In this document: positions 50,510-62,688 of the stretch, piece by piece
Position numbering within the stretch: the first letter of the stretch is position 1
Layout of the letters: the number at the start of each line of letters is the position of its first letter
From: Squalus acanthias
Lineage: Eukaryota
Direction: 5' to 3'
NCBI GenBank assembly: GCA_030390025.1
Contig: JASTWF010000034.1
Location: 4,650,001 to 4,714,000, forward strand
Length of the DNA: 64,000 nt
Notes under the pieces: model-generated
Databases searched by the model: none
What the model was told of the DNA's origin: nothing
Seen by the model: the letters and a program-made list of their open reading frames with translations, nothing else
Made by a program: the position numbers and the translations under genes

Positions 50510-51085
50510 AAGTTAGTTAATTGTTAAATTGGGTTTGATAACCAATACACAGGGTGAAACTGTCAGTTATTGTTAAATTGGGTTTGATAACCAATACACA
50601 GGGTGAAACTGTCACAGTTAATTGTTAAATTGGTATGATAACCAATGCTCTTGTTAAAACTGTCACAGTTAATTGTTAAATTGGTTATGATAACCAATAC
50701 ACAGTGTAAAACTGTCAGTTAATTGTTAAATGGGGTTTGATAACCAATACATAGGGTAAAACTGTCACAGTTAATTGTTAAATTGGGTATGATAAACAAT
50801 ACACAGGGTAAAACTGTCACAGTAAATTGTTAAATTGGGTATGATAACCAATACACAGTGTAAAACTGTCACAGACAATTCTGAAATTGTGTATGATAAC
50901 AAATACACAGGGTAAAACTGTCAGTTAATTGTTAAATTGGGTATGATAACAAATACAAAGGGTAAAACTGTCACAGTTAATTGTTAAATTGGGTATGATA
51001 ACAAATACACAGGGTAAAACTGTCACAGTTAATTGTTAAATGGGGTATGATAGCCAATTAACAAGGGAGTAAAGTTAATTGTTAA
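50510..51085 (+). repeat. AT-rich ~50-52-bp tandem repeat (AATTGTTAAATTGGGTATGATAACCAATACACAGGGTAAAACTGTCACAGTT)
   Basis: About 11 visible units; degenerate relatives at 49115-49250 and 50280-50510. Confidence 0.92.
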
Positions 51086-51109
51086 TTCTTAAATTGGAAA
51101 TAAGCAAAA

Positions 51110-51380
51110 CACAACAACAACTTATATTTATAAAGCGCCTTTAACGTAGTAAAACGTCCCCAGGCGCTTCACATGAGTTTATCAAACAACATTTGACATC
51201 GAGCCACATAAGGAGATATTTGGGCAGATAACCAAAAGCTTGGTCAAAGAGGTAATTTTTAAGGAGCGTCTTGATGGAGGAGAGAGTGGCAGAGAGGTTT
51301 ATGGACAGAATTCCAGAGCTTCGGGCCCAGGCAGCTGAAGGCATGGCCACCAATGGTGGAGTGATTAAAATCAGGGATAC
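51110..51380 (-). mobile_element. L2 3' end fragment followed by GA-rich low complexity to ~51630
   Basis: AAAGCGCCTTTAACGTAGTAAAACGTCCC terminus; KTLLKNYLFDQAFG. Confidence 0.85.
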
Positions 51381-51634
51381 ATTGAGAGGGACATTGAGAG
51401 AGACATTGACTGAAATATAGAGCGAGACATTGGGAGGGTCATTGAGCGGGCCACAGAGAGAGTCAGACAGACACAAAGAGAGAAATAGAAACAATGAGAG
51501 TGGGCAGATTGAGAGATAGAAATAGAGAGACAGAAAGTCAGGGGGAGAGCCACAGACAGCCAGAGAGAGACAGACAGGCTGAGAGAGGCAGAGGGAAGAG
51601 AAAGACAGGGATAGATATTGAGAGTTAGAAAATA

Positions 51635-53120
51635 GCAACATATGAAATAGGAGCAGGATTAGGCCATTTGGCCCATCGATCCTGCTCCGCCGTTCAATAA
51701 GATCATGGCTGATCTTCTACCTCAACACCACTTTCCTGAACTATCCCCATATCCCTTGATTCCCTTAATATTCAAAAATCTTTCAATCTCTGTCTTGAAT
51801 ATACTCAACGACTGAGCATCCACAGCCCTCTGGGGGAGAGAATTGCAAAGATTCCCCACCCTCTGAGTGAAGAATTTTCTCCTCATCTCGGACCTAACTG
51901 GCCGACGTCTTTTGCTGAGACTGTGACCCCTTGTTCTAGACTCCCGAGCCAGGGGAAACATCCTCCCTGCATCTACCCTGTTAAGCCCTGTAAGAATTTT
52001 ATATTTTTCCATGAGATTACCTCTCATTCTTCTAAACTCTAGAGAACATAGGCCTAGTCTACTCAATCTGTTCTCATAGGACAATCCCAACATCCCAGGA
52101 ACCAGTCTGGTGAACCTTCGTTGCACTCCCTCTTTGGCAATTATATCCTTCCTGAGGTAAGGAGACCAAAACTGTACACAATACTCCTGGTGTGGTCTCA
52201 CCAGGGCCTTATATAATTGCAGTAAGACGTCTTTACTCTTATGTTCAAATCCTCTTGTAATAAAGGCCAACATACCATTTGCTTTCCTAATTATTTGCTG
52301 TACCTGCATGTTACCTTTCAGTGATTCATGTACAAGGACACCCAGGTCCCTCTGAACACCAACATTTCCCAATCTCTCAACTTTTAAAAAATACCTTGCT
52401 TTACTATTTTTCCTAACTGCACATTTCTCCACATTATATTCCATTTGCCATGTTCTTGCCCACTCACTTAGCCTGTCTATATCCCCTTGAAGCTTCCTTG
52501 CATCCTCCTCACAACTTACATTCCCACCCAGCTTTGTATCATCAGCAAACTTGGATATATTGCATTTGGTCCCCTCATCCAAATCATTGATATATATCGT
52601 AAATAGCTGTGGCCCAAACACTGATTCTTGCGGTACCCCACTAGTTACAGCCTGCCAAACCGAAAATGACTCGTTTATTGCTATTCTCTGTTTTCTGTCC
52701 GTTAACCAATCCTCAACCCATGCTAGAATATTACCCCCAATCCCAGTTTGTTTAATAACCTCTTGTGCGGCCCCTTATCGAATGTCTTCTGAAAATCCAA
52801 ATCCACCAGATCTACTGTCTCCCCCTTATCTGTTCTGCTAGTTACAACCTCAAAAAACTCTAACAAATTTGTGAAACACGATTTCCCTTTCATAAATCCG
52901 TGTTGACTCTGCCCAATCCTATTATAATTTTCTAAGTGCCCTGTTACAACGTCCTTAATATATTTTAGCATTTTCCCTACTACTGATGTCAGGAAAACTG
53001 GTCTGTAGTTCCCCGTTTTCTCTCTCCCTCCTTTCTTAATTATTGGGGTTACATTTGCTACATTCCAATCCGCGGCAAACGTTCTAAAATCGATGCATTT
53101 TATGGAATTTCATCTGCCAT
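51635..53120 (-). mobile_element. CR1 LINE 3' half
   Basis: ORF 51722-52621 [49 protein letters not shown]. Confidence 0.95.
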
Positions 53121-53134
53121 CTATTTTGTTTCTC

Positions 53135-53520
53135 TTTTGTATTCATTCATGGGCTGTGGTCATCGCTGGCACACCTTGCATTTATTGCCCATCCCTAGTT
53201 GCCCTTGAGAAGTTGGTGGTGAACCGCTGCAGTCGGTGATGGAAAGGCACTCCCACAGTGCTGTTATGGAGGGAGTTGCAGGATTTTGACCCAGCGACAA
53301 TGAAGGAATGGTGATATACTTCCAAGTCAGGATGGTGTGTAACTTGGTGGGGAAGTTACAGGTGAAGATGTTCCCATGCTCCTGCTGCCCTTGTCCTTCT
53401 AGGTGGTAGAGGCTGCATGTTTGGGAGGTACTGCCGAAGAAACCTTGGCAAGTTGCTGCAGTGCATCTTGTAGATGGTACACACTGCAGCCTCGGTGCTA
53501 CGCTGGTGGAGGGAGTGAAT
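53135..53520 (-). mobile_element. 3' end of second CR1-group LINE lineage
   Basis: Homologous to 12050-12447. Confidence 0.78.
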
Positions 53521-53679
53521 TTTTAAGAACATAGCATAAGAAATAGGAGCAGGAGTAGGCCTCCTCTGTTCCAAGGAAAACAAACCCAGCTAATCCCAGT
53601 TAATATTGGGGTAGTTCAAATCTCCTACTATTACTACCCTATAGTTTTTGCACTTCTCAGAAATGTGTCGACATATTTG

Positions 53680-55347
53680 AACATAACATAAGAACATAAG
53701 AAATAGGAGAACATAAGAAATAGGAGCAGGAGCAGGCCAATCGGCCCCTCGAGCCTGCTCCGCCATTCAATAAGATCATGGCTGATCTGATCCTAACCGC
53801 CAATCTACTATCTATCACAGAACCATCTCCTGCATCTAACAGAATTGCACACACGAAATAGGAGCAGAATCAGGCTACACAGTCCCTGGGCCCGCTCCAC
53901 TACCCACAGGGCCATGACCGATCCGAACCTAGACTCATGTCCAAATTCCTGCCCGCTCCCCGTAACCCTTAATGCCCTTTACTTCTAGGAAACTGTCTAT
54001 TTCTGTTTTAAATTTAATTAATGTTGTAGCTTCTACAGCTTTTTGTGGCAGCATATTCCATGGACCTACCACCCTCTGAGTGAAGTAGTTCCTCCTCATC
54101 TCAGTTTTGAAAGAGCAGCCCCTTATTCTAAGACTATGTCCCCTAGTTCTCGTCTCACCCGTCATCGGGAACATCCTCCCCGCATCCACCCGATCCAACC
54201 CCTTCACAATCTTATATGTTTCAATAAGATCGCCTCTCATTCTTCTGAACTCCAATGAGTAGAGTCCCAATCTACCCAACCTCTCCTCATATGACCACCC
54301 CCTCATCCCCGGGATTAACCGAGTGAACCTTTTTTGCACTGCCTCGAGAGCAAGGATGTCTTTCCTTAAGTAAGGACACCAAAACTGTATGCAGTATTCC
54401 AGGTGCGGTCTCACCAATACCTTGTACAACTGAAGCAATACCTCCCTATTTTTATATTCTATCCCCCTAGCAATGAAAGCCAACATTCCATTTGCCTTCT
54501 TAATCACTTGCTGCACCTGCATACTAACCTTTTGAGTTTCGTGCACCAGGACCCCCAGATCCCTTTGCACTTCAGTACTCTCCAGTTTCTTGCCATTAAG
54601 ATAATAAATTGCTCTAGGATTTTTCCTGCCAAAGTGCATCACCTCACACTTTCCAGTGTTGTATTCCATCTGCCAAATCTCTGCCCACTTACTTAGCCTG
54701 TCTATGTCCCCTTGCAGGTTTTTTATGTCCTCCTCACTCACTACTTTCCCTCCCATCTTTGTATCATCTGCAAATTTTGATATGTTACACTTGGTCCCTT
54801 CCTCCAAATCGTTAATATAGATTGTGAAGAGTTGGGGACCCAGCACTGACCCCTGTGGAACACCACTAGTTACTGATTGCCAGTCTGAGAATGAACCATT
54901 TATCCCAACTCTTTGCTTTCTGTTAGATAGCCAATCCTCTATCCATGCCAGAATATTACCCCCAATCCCGTGATTTTTTACCTTAAGCAATAATCTTTTG
55001 TGTGGCACCTTGTCAAATGCCTTTTGGAAGTCTAAATACACTACGTCCACTGGTTCCCCTTTATCCACTCTATATGTTACTTCCTCAAAGAACTCCAGCA
55101 AATTTGTCAAACATGACTTCCCCTTCGTAAAACCATGCTGACTTTGTCCTATTAAATTATGATTATCCAAATGTCCTGTTACTGTTTCCTTAATAATGGA
55201 CTCCAAAATTTTACCTACCACAGATGTTAGGCTAACCGGTCTATAGTTACCAGCCTTCTGTCTACTGCCCTTTTTAAATAAGGGTGTTACATTAGCAGTT
55301 TTCCAGTCTGCCGGGACCTTAGCGGAATCCAGGGAGTTTTGAAAAAT
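53680..55347 (-). mobile_element. Young 5'-truncated CR1 with uninterrupted RT frame, 6-bp TSD, inserted in an older CR1 endonuclease fragment (53585-53679 and 55348-55545)
   Basis: TATTTG at 53674-53679 and 55348-55353; long (TTCTTATG)n-like tail; no stops from IFQNSLDS to the natural stop at 53935. Confidence 0.92.
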
Positions 55348-55470
55348 TATTTGCTCTTCTATCTCCCTCTCACTGTTTGGGGGTCGAGAGTACACTCCCA
55401 GCAGTGTGGTCACCCCTGTTTTGTTTTTCCATTCGGCCCATATGGCCTCGTTTGATGATCCCTCCAACAT
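53935..55470 (-). CDS. Chimeric retroelement ORF (~511 aa from ATG 55470): short APE endonuclease remnant fused to complete CR1 RT domain; expression unknown
   Basis: MLEGSSNEAIW..LGVYSRPPNSEREIEEQI joined in frame to [41 protein letters not shown]. Confidence 0.45.
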   Translation of the reverse strand: MLEGSSNEAIWAEWKNKTGVTTLLGVYSRPPNSEREIEEQIIFQNSLDSAKVPADWKTANVTPLFKKGSRQKAGNYRPVSLTSVVGKILESIIKETVTGHLDNHNLIGQSQHGFTKGKSCLTNLLEFFEEVTYRVDKGEPVDVVYLDFQKAFDKVPHKRLLLKVKNHGIGGNILAWIEDWLSNRKQRVGINGSFSDWQSVTSGVPQGSVLGPQLFTIYINDLEEGTKCNISKFADDTKMGGKVVSEEDIKNLQGDIDRLSKWAEIWQMEYNTGKCEVMHFGRKNPRAIYYLNGKKLESTEVQRDLGVLVHETQKVSMQVQQVIKKANGMLAFIARGIEYKNREVLLQLYKVLVRPHLEYCIQFWCPYLRKDILALEAVQKRFTRLIPGMRGWSYEERLGRLGLYSLEFRRMRGDLIETYKIVKGLDRVDAGRMFPMTGETRTRGHSLRIRGCSFKTEMRRNYFTQRVVGPWNMLPQKAVEATTLIKFKTEIDSFLEVKGIKGYGERAGIWT

Positions 55471-55549
55471 ATCATCTCTCCTCACAGCTGTAATAGTTTA
55501 TTTAATCAATACCGCGACACCCTCCCTTTTTACCACCCTCTCTACCCCT

Positions 55550-56500
55550 TTATGGTGATGGATGAGTACCAATCAAGTGGGCTGCTTTGTCCTGGATGAT
55601 GTCGAGCTTCCTGAGTGTTGTTGGAGCTGCACTCATCCAGACAAGTGGAGAGTATTCCATCACACTCCTGACTTGTGCCTTGTAGATGGTGGAAAGGATT
55701 TGGGGGGTCAGGAGGTGAGACACTCGCCGCAGAATACACAGCCTTGACCTGCTCTTTTAGCAACAGTATTTATGTGGCTGGTCCAGTTAAGGTTCTGGTC
55801 AATGGAAACCCCCAGGATACTGATGGTGACGGATTTGGCGATGGTAATCCCATTGAATGTCAAGGGGATGTGGCTCTTGTTGGAGATTGTCATTGCCTGG
55901 CACTTGTTTCGTGTGATTATTACTTGCCACTTATCAACCCAAGGCTGAATGTCATCCAGGTCTTGCTGCATGCGGGCATGGACTGCTTCATTATCTGAGG
56001 AGTTGTGAATAGAACTGAATACTGAGCAATCCTCAGCGAACATCCCCAATTCTGACCATAGGATGGAGGGAAGATCATTGATGAAATAGCTGAAGATGGT
56101 TGGGCCGAGGACACTGGCCTGATGTACTGCTGCAGCGATGTCCTGTGGCTGTGATTATTGACCTCCAAAAACCACAACCATCTTCCGTTGTGCCGGGTAT
56201 GACTTGAGCCAGTGGAGAGTTTTCCACCTGCTTTCCATTGACACAATTTTACTGGGGCTCCTTGATGCCGCACTCAGTCCAATGTTGACTTGATGTCAAG
56301 GGCAGTCACTCTCACCTCACCTCTGGAATTCAGCTCCTTTGTCCATGTTTGGACCAAGGCTGTAATGAGGTCTGGAGCCGAGTGGTCCTAGCGGAACTGA
56401 AACTGGGCATCGGTGAGAAGGTTATTAGTGAGTAAGTGCCACATAATTGCACTGTCGACGGCACCTTTCATCAATTTGCTCATTTCACCAGTCTGTCTAT
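55550..56500 (-). mobile_element. Second CR1-group LINE lineage, RT region fragment
   Basis: GMFAEDCSVF, QQDLDDIQPWVDKWQV, ILGVSIDQNLNWTSHI. Confidence 0.82.
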
Positions 56501-56589
56501 GTCCTCCTGAAGCCTACCTTATCCCGTTATGTGTGTGTATATATATGTATATGTCTATATATATGTCTATATCATTAATATGTCAAAAA

Positions 56590-57170
56590 GAGCAGTTGTC
56601 CGAATAGCGACATCTGGGGGATACCACTGTACACTTCCCTCCAGTCTGAACAACAACCGTTCACCACTACTCTCGGTTTTCTGTCCCTTAGCAAATGTCA
56701 GATCCCCACTGCCACTGTCCCTTTGGTCCTAACAAATTGATTCAATTGTACTTCATCAAATGCATTTTGAATGTCCATATACACAACATCAACCGCACTA
56801 CCCTCATCAACCCTCTCCGTTACTTCATCAAAGAACTTAATCAAGTTTGTCAGACACACTTTGCCGCTAACATATCCATGCTGGTTGTCATTTATCAATC
56901 CATGTTTTTTCCAAAGATAGATACTTTTCTCTGTGAATATGGCCTCTAGACGTTTCCCCACAACTGACGTTAGGCTGACTGGTCTGCAGTTACAGGGTTT
57001 ATCCCCCTCTCCTATTTTAAACAGGGTATAACATTTGCAACCCTCCAGTCCTCTGGCTCCACTCCCATATCCGAGGATGATTGAAATATTCTGGCCAGAG
57101 CCTGCGCTATTTCCACCATTCCTTCCCTCAGCAATCCTCATACTTCCCATCCGGAGCGGGTAAATGTTCT
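56590..57170 (-). mobile_element. CR1 RT fragment, old
   Basis: NCRPVSLTSVVGKRLE, NQHGYVSGKVCLTNLIKFFDEVT. Confidence 0.88.
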
Positions 57171-57205
57171 ACTTTACTGTGGTACAAAAAGTGTTGGATT
57201 GAAAG

Positions 57206-57310
57206 GGGTTAACTGAAGCTGTTTGTTCAGTGACTGTAATTAATGTCAGTCTCCACGGGTTAACTGAAGATGTTTGTTTAGTGACTGTAATTAATGTCAG
57301 TCTCCATGGA
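57206..57310 (+). repeat. 51-bp tandem duplication in putative promoter of the GPCR gene, with TATA-like TATTAATAA at ~57344
   Basis: GGGTTAACTGAAG.TGTTTGTT.AGTGACTGTAATTAATGTCAGTCTCCA twice. Confidence 0.75.
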
Positions 57311-57480
57311 CTCTAATTGTATCAGTGCAGGGTTTCCCTCTTCTATTAATAAGGGACTCCTTTCAATGTGTTATCCATAGTGTCAGTGAGAGCATCACCT
57401 CCGGCACTGACAGGGATCAGCGCGCTGCTCCACAGAGAGGGAGTCGGAATCTGAGAAGAGTAGATGAGAATGTTACAACA

Positions 57481-57661
57481 ATGGATCAGAATCTGAGAAC
57501 AGTAGATTGGAATGCTGCAACAATGGGCAGGAGTTTCAGCTGGGATATTCAATTTCTTTCAGCACTTTATGATGGACTATCATTAGACCATCGGATAGAT
57601 TTGGCGCTTGTGATTATTCAATACATTTACTATCCGCTCCTTGCTGCTGTTGGTGTTCCTG
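57481..57661 (+). CDS. GPR139-like: First coding exon of a GPR139/GPR142-like class A GPCR (N-terminus and first half of TM1); second exon not in window
   Basis: MDQNLRTVDW...IIQYIYYPLLAAVGVP followed by a phase-1 G|GTAAGT donor. YYPxLAAVGVP is the TM1 signature of the chondrichthyan GPR139-like family (recognised from memory, not searched). Confidence 0.8.
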
Positions 57662-57914
57662 GTAAGTCTCTCTATCCAGCTATTCTGTTAACCATGTTTG
57701 ACTGTATTACTGTTCGTGTCATTTACTCTCCCCTCCTTGCTGCAGTTGTTGTTCCTGGTAAGTCTCTCTATCCAGCTATTAACCCTGCAAAGCTTTGCTA
57801 ACTGTATTACTATTCTTCATTCTTTGCTGCTGTTGGTGTCCTTGGTAAGTCTCCATATCCAGCAATTGGATCTGTAAACCACGTTTCACTGTGCTATTAT
57901 TTTTGTCATTTAAT

Positions 57915-58400
57915 TCTTGGGAAGAGCGAAGCCATTGTCTTCGGTCCTAGTCACAAACTCCATTCTCTATCTACCGATTCAGGCCCCTCCCTGGTCAATG
58001 TCTGAGGCTGAACCAGGCTGTTTGCAACCTCTGCGATCTCTTTGTCCCTGAGCTGAGTTCCGAACTCATATCCTCTGAATCACCAGTCCTGCCGACTGCC
58101 ACCCCCAAAATTTCACCCATCTCCGCTCCACCTCAGCCCTACCGCTGCATAAACCCTCATCCGTGCCTGTGTTAAATCCAGACTCGACTATTCCAATACT
58201 CTCCTGGCCGGCCTCCCAGTAACAAGCCTCCATAAACTAGAGCTCATCCAAAACTCTGCTGCCCCTATCCTAACACACATCATGTCCCGTTCACCCATCA
58301 CCCCTGTGATCACTGACCAACATTGGCTGCCGATCCGGCAACAACTCGATTTAAATATTCTTCTCCTCTTGTTCAAATCCCACCATGGCCTCACCCCTGC
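57915..58400 (+). mobile_element. Old L2 fragment (intronic)
   Basis: SRLDYSNTLLAGLP, SRSPITPVITDQHWLPIRQQLDLNILLLLFK. Confidence 0.85.
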
Positions 58401-58959
58401 AATTAGTCCCATTCCCTTGCTGTTATCCCATAGTCCTGCAAATTGTTCCCCTTCAGGTATTTATCCAATTCCCCTCTTAAAGTTAATTTCTTTCCCTCTG
58501 TACCTCTCCCTGTCTTTCAGTCTCTATTTTTATTTCTCGCTTTCTCCCTTTCTCTCTCTCCCCCTCTTCTCTCTCCCTCTTCTCTCTCTCTCTGTCTCTT
58601 GCTCATAGAACGGTACATCACATACAGAGACCATTCGTCCCATCGTGTCCATGCCGTCTCTTTGAAAGAGTTATTTATTCAGTCCTACTCTTTAATCAGA
58701 GCCCCATAAAATATTCCCCTTCATCTAATTACCCCATTCCCTTTCGAAAGTTACTATTGAATCTGCTTCCACCACGTTCTCAGTCAGTGCATTCTAGATC
58801 ACATCTCACTGCGTAAAGAACATTCTCATCTCTCCTCTGGTTCTTTTGCAAATTACTTTAAATTTGTTTCCTCTGGTTACCCACCATTCTGCCTCTGGAA
58901 ACCGACTTACTTACTCTATCAAAACCCATTACAATCTGGAACATCTATATTAAATCTGC

Positions 58960-61150
58960 CCTAATGGAAAAGGACAAAGAAAGACCAGGTTTAAAAGTTT
59001 TCAATTGGGGATGGGCCAAATTTACTAAGCTGCGATGTAATTTAAGAAAGTGGACTGGAAACAGCTTCTTAATTGGAAATCAGTTCGGAGCCGTGGGAAG
59101 CATTCAACGAGGAGATAGTGAGGGCTCAGAGCAAATATATTCCCAAAAAGATAAAGGATGGGACTTCCAAATCTAGAGTCCCCTGGATGTCAAGGGGAAT
59201 ACAGGGTAGGATAAGGGAACAAAAAGGGAAGCTTTTGTCAGATACCGAGAGCTCAATACTACAGAAAGCCTAGAGGGGTATAGAAAGTGCAGGGGTGAAA
59301 TTAAAAAGGAAATTAGGAAAGCAAAGAGAGGGCATGAAAAAATATTGGCAAGGAAAACCCAAAGATGTTTTATACATACATCAAGAGCAAGAGGATAACT
59401 AAGGAAAGAGTCTGGCCTGTTAAAGACCAAACAGTGAATCTGTGTGTAGAGGCGGAAGACGTGGATATGGTTCTTAATAAATACTTTGTGTCTGTCTTCA
59501 CAGAAGAGTGAGACGATGCAGACATTGTAGTTAAGGAGGAGGTGTGTGAAATATTAGATGAGACAAACATAGTGAGAGAGGAAACATTAAGGTGTTTAGC
59601 ATCTTTGAAATTAGATAAATCACGAGGATCGGATGAAATGTTTCCCAGGCTTTTAAGGGAGGAAATAGCGGAGGCTCAGACCATCATTTTCCAATCCTCT
59701 CAGGCTGCAGGCGTGATGCCAGAGGACTGGAGGACTGCTAACGTTGTACCATTGTTTCAAAAGGGTAAAAAGGGATAGACCGAGTAATTACAGGGCAGTC
59801 AGTCTAACCTTGGTGGTGGAAAAAAAATTGAAAGATTCTGAGGGGCAGTATAAATCGGCATTTAGAAAGGCACAGATTAATCAAGGACAGTCAGCATGGT
59901 AATATTAAGGGAAGGTCGTGTCTGACTCACAGGATTGAATTTTTGGATGAGGTAATGAGGAGGGTCGATGAGGGGAGTGCATTTGATGTAGTCCACGTAG
60001 ATATTAGTAAGGCCTTTGACAAGGTCCCACATGACAGGTTGGTCATGGGATCCAAGGAAAAGTGGCAAGTTGGATCCAAAATTGGCTCAGTGGCAGGAAG
60101 CAAAGGGTAATGTTTGATGTGTGTTTTTGTGAGTGGAAGGCTGTTTCTAGTGGGGTTCCACAGGGCTCAGTACTAGGTCCCCTGCTATTTGTGGTATATA
60201 TTAATGATTTAGACTTCAATGTTGGGGCCATGATGAAGAAGTTTGCACATGATACAAAAATTGGCCGTGTGGTTGATAGTGAGGAAGAAAGCTGTAGACT
60301 GCAAGAAGATATCAATGGACTGGTCAGGTGGGCAGAACAGTGGCAAATGGACTTCATTTCGGAAAAGTGTGAGGTAAAGGATTGGTGGAGGAGTAAAAAA
60401 GAGGGAATACACAATAAATGGTAGTATACTGAGAGGTGCAGTGGAACAGAGGGACCTTGGAGTAAATTTCCACATATCGATAAATATATCGGGACATATA
60501 GATAGGGTGGTTAAGAAGGCATGTGGGATACGTTGCTTTATTAGCCGAGGCATAGGATATAAAAGCAGGGAGGTTATGTTAGAGCTGTATAAAACACTAG
60601 TTAGGCCACTGCTAGAATACTGTGTAAAGTTCTGGTCACCACATTACAGGAACGATGTGATTGCACGAGAGACATTATAGAGGAGATTTACGTGGATGTT
60701 GCCAGGACTGGATCATTTTAGCTATGAGGAAAGATTGGATAGCCTGGGGTTGTTTACTTTGGAACAGAGGAGGCTGAGGGAAGATTTAATTGAGGTGTAT
60801 AAAATTATGAGAGGCCCAGCTTGAGTCGATAGAGAGGAACTATTTGCCCTGACAGGGAGGTCAATAACCGGGGGTCATAGATTTAAATTAATTGGTAGAA
60901 GGATTAGAGGGGAGATGGGGAGAAATGTTTTCACCCAGAGGGGTGCGTGGGTCTGAAACTCAAGGCCTGAAAGTGTGGTCGAGGCAGAAACCCTCATCAC
61001 GTTTAAAACGTACTTGGATATGCACTTGAAATGCTGTAACCTTCAGGGCTAAGGACCAAGAGCTAGAAAGTGGGATTAGGGTGCAGAGCTCTATTTCGAC
61101 CACGGATAACACAATGGGCCAAATGGCCTCCTTCTGTGCCGTAAATTTCG
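58960..61150 (+). mobile_element. CR1 LINE, degenerate (intronic)
   Basis: [52 protein letters not shown]. Confidence 0.93.
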
Positions 61151-61169
61151 ATGATACTACAATTCTGTG

Positions 61170-61940
61170 ATTCTTAACCTTCGCTGCACTCAAATGAACA
61201 ATCCCAGCTTCTTCTGTCTCTCCACGTAATTGAAGTCCCAGATCCCTGGTACCATACCGATAAATCTCTTCTACACCTTCTCTCATCCTTGACATGCTTG
61301 CCAAAGTGTGGTGCTCAGAATTGGACACAATACTCCAGCTGGGGTCCAACCAATGATTTTTAAAAGGTTAGCATTTCTACCTGGATTTTGTTACTCTGTG
61401 ACTATGTTTGTAAACCCAAAGACTCCGTATGCTTTAACAGCCATCGCTACTTCTCCTGCCACCTTCAATGATTTGTGTAAGTACACCCCAGGTCTGTCTG
61501 ATCGTGCACCCGCTTTGAAATTGTACCGTTTAGTTTATAGTACCTCTGCTCATGCTTCCTATCAACATGTATCACTTCACCCTTCTCTGCGTTGAATTGT
61601 ATCTGCCATGTGTCTGCCCATTTCACCAGTCTGTCCATGTCCTCCTGAGGTCTGTTACTGCCATTCTTACTGTTGATTAGCATTTCTGAGTTTCTTGTCA
61701 TCTTCAGACTTTCAAATTAGGCGCTGTATACCCAAGTCCACAACATTGATAAACATGAAATGAGCAATGGTCCCAACACCGACCCATGAGGAACACCACT
61801 CTATATTGAGTCTGAAAAAATTCCGTTTACCACTAATCGCTGCCTTCTGTTTTTTAGCCAATTTCCGAGCCATGTTGCCAATGCCACTTTAATCCCATGG
61901 GCTTCAATTTTGGTATTATGTGGACACTTTACCAAGCACC
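61170..61940 (-). mobile_element. Old CR1 3' fragment
   Basis: DRLVKWADTWQIQFNAEK, WLGNWLKNRRQRLVVNG. Confidence 0.85.
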
Positions 61941-62299
61941 TTTTTAAAGGATAGGGAAATTGGGAAAGTATGCGCAGTAACAATCAAAGAATCATTGAAT
62001 TGGTGAGCCAAGTTGTGAGACAATTTGTTTAGCGGAACATGACGACCCGCTCTGATCTCAGGCCTCGCCTGGATTCAAATCATTGATTTTATTATGTCTA
62101 TCATTTATTCTCAAGATATCGGTCTTGCTTTCATGGCCTGTATTCTTGCCCATCCCTAGTTACCCATGAGAAAATGGTGGGCCTTCAAATTGAGCCACTG
62201 CAGTCCCTGTGGTGAAGGTGCTCCCACAATACTATTATGGAAGAAATTTCAGGCTTTTGACCGAGTGACGATGAAGGAACGGCGATATATTTGAAGGGT

Positions 62300-62688
62300 A
62301 CGGAAGCATAGTGGTAATGTTGCTGGACTAGTAAACCAGATGACTGGAAAAATGATCCAGAGTTCAAGTCCCACCAGCTGGGGAATTTAAATTCAATTAA
62401 TTAAACAAATCTGGAATGAAAAGCTAATATCAAGAATGGTGACCATGAAACTACGGGATTTTTATAAAAACCTATCTGGGAAGGAAATCTGCCGTCCTTA
62501 CCCAGTCTGGCCGAAATGTGACTCCAGACCCAGAGCAATGTGATTAACTTTTAACTGCCCTCTGAAATGGCCTAGCAAGCCATTCAGTTTTATAAGGCGG
62601 CTCACCACCACCTTCTCAAGGGCAATTAGGAATGGGCAATAAATGTGGCCTTGCCAGCGACGCCCACATCCCATGAATGAATAAAAAA
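62300..62688 (+). mobile_element. tRNA-headed SINE with LINE-derived 3' tail, nested antisense in a LINE 3' fragment (~62100-62730)
   Basis: A-box-like AGCATAGTGG, B-box-like GAGTTCAAGTC; tail CACCACCTTCTCAAGGGCAATTAGG...ATGAATGAATAAAAAA matches 12360-12447. Confidence 0.75.
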
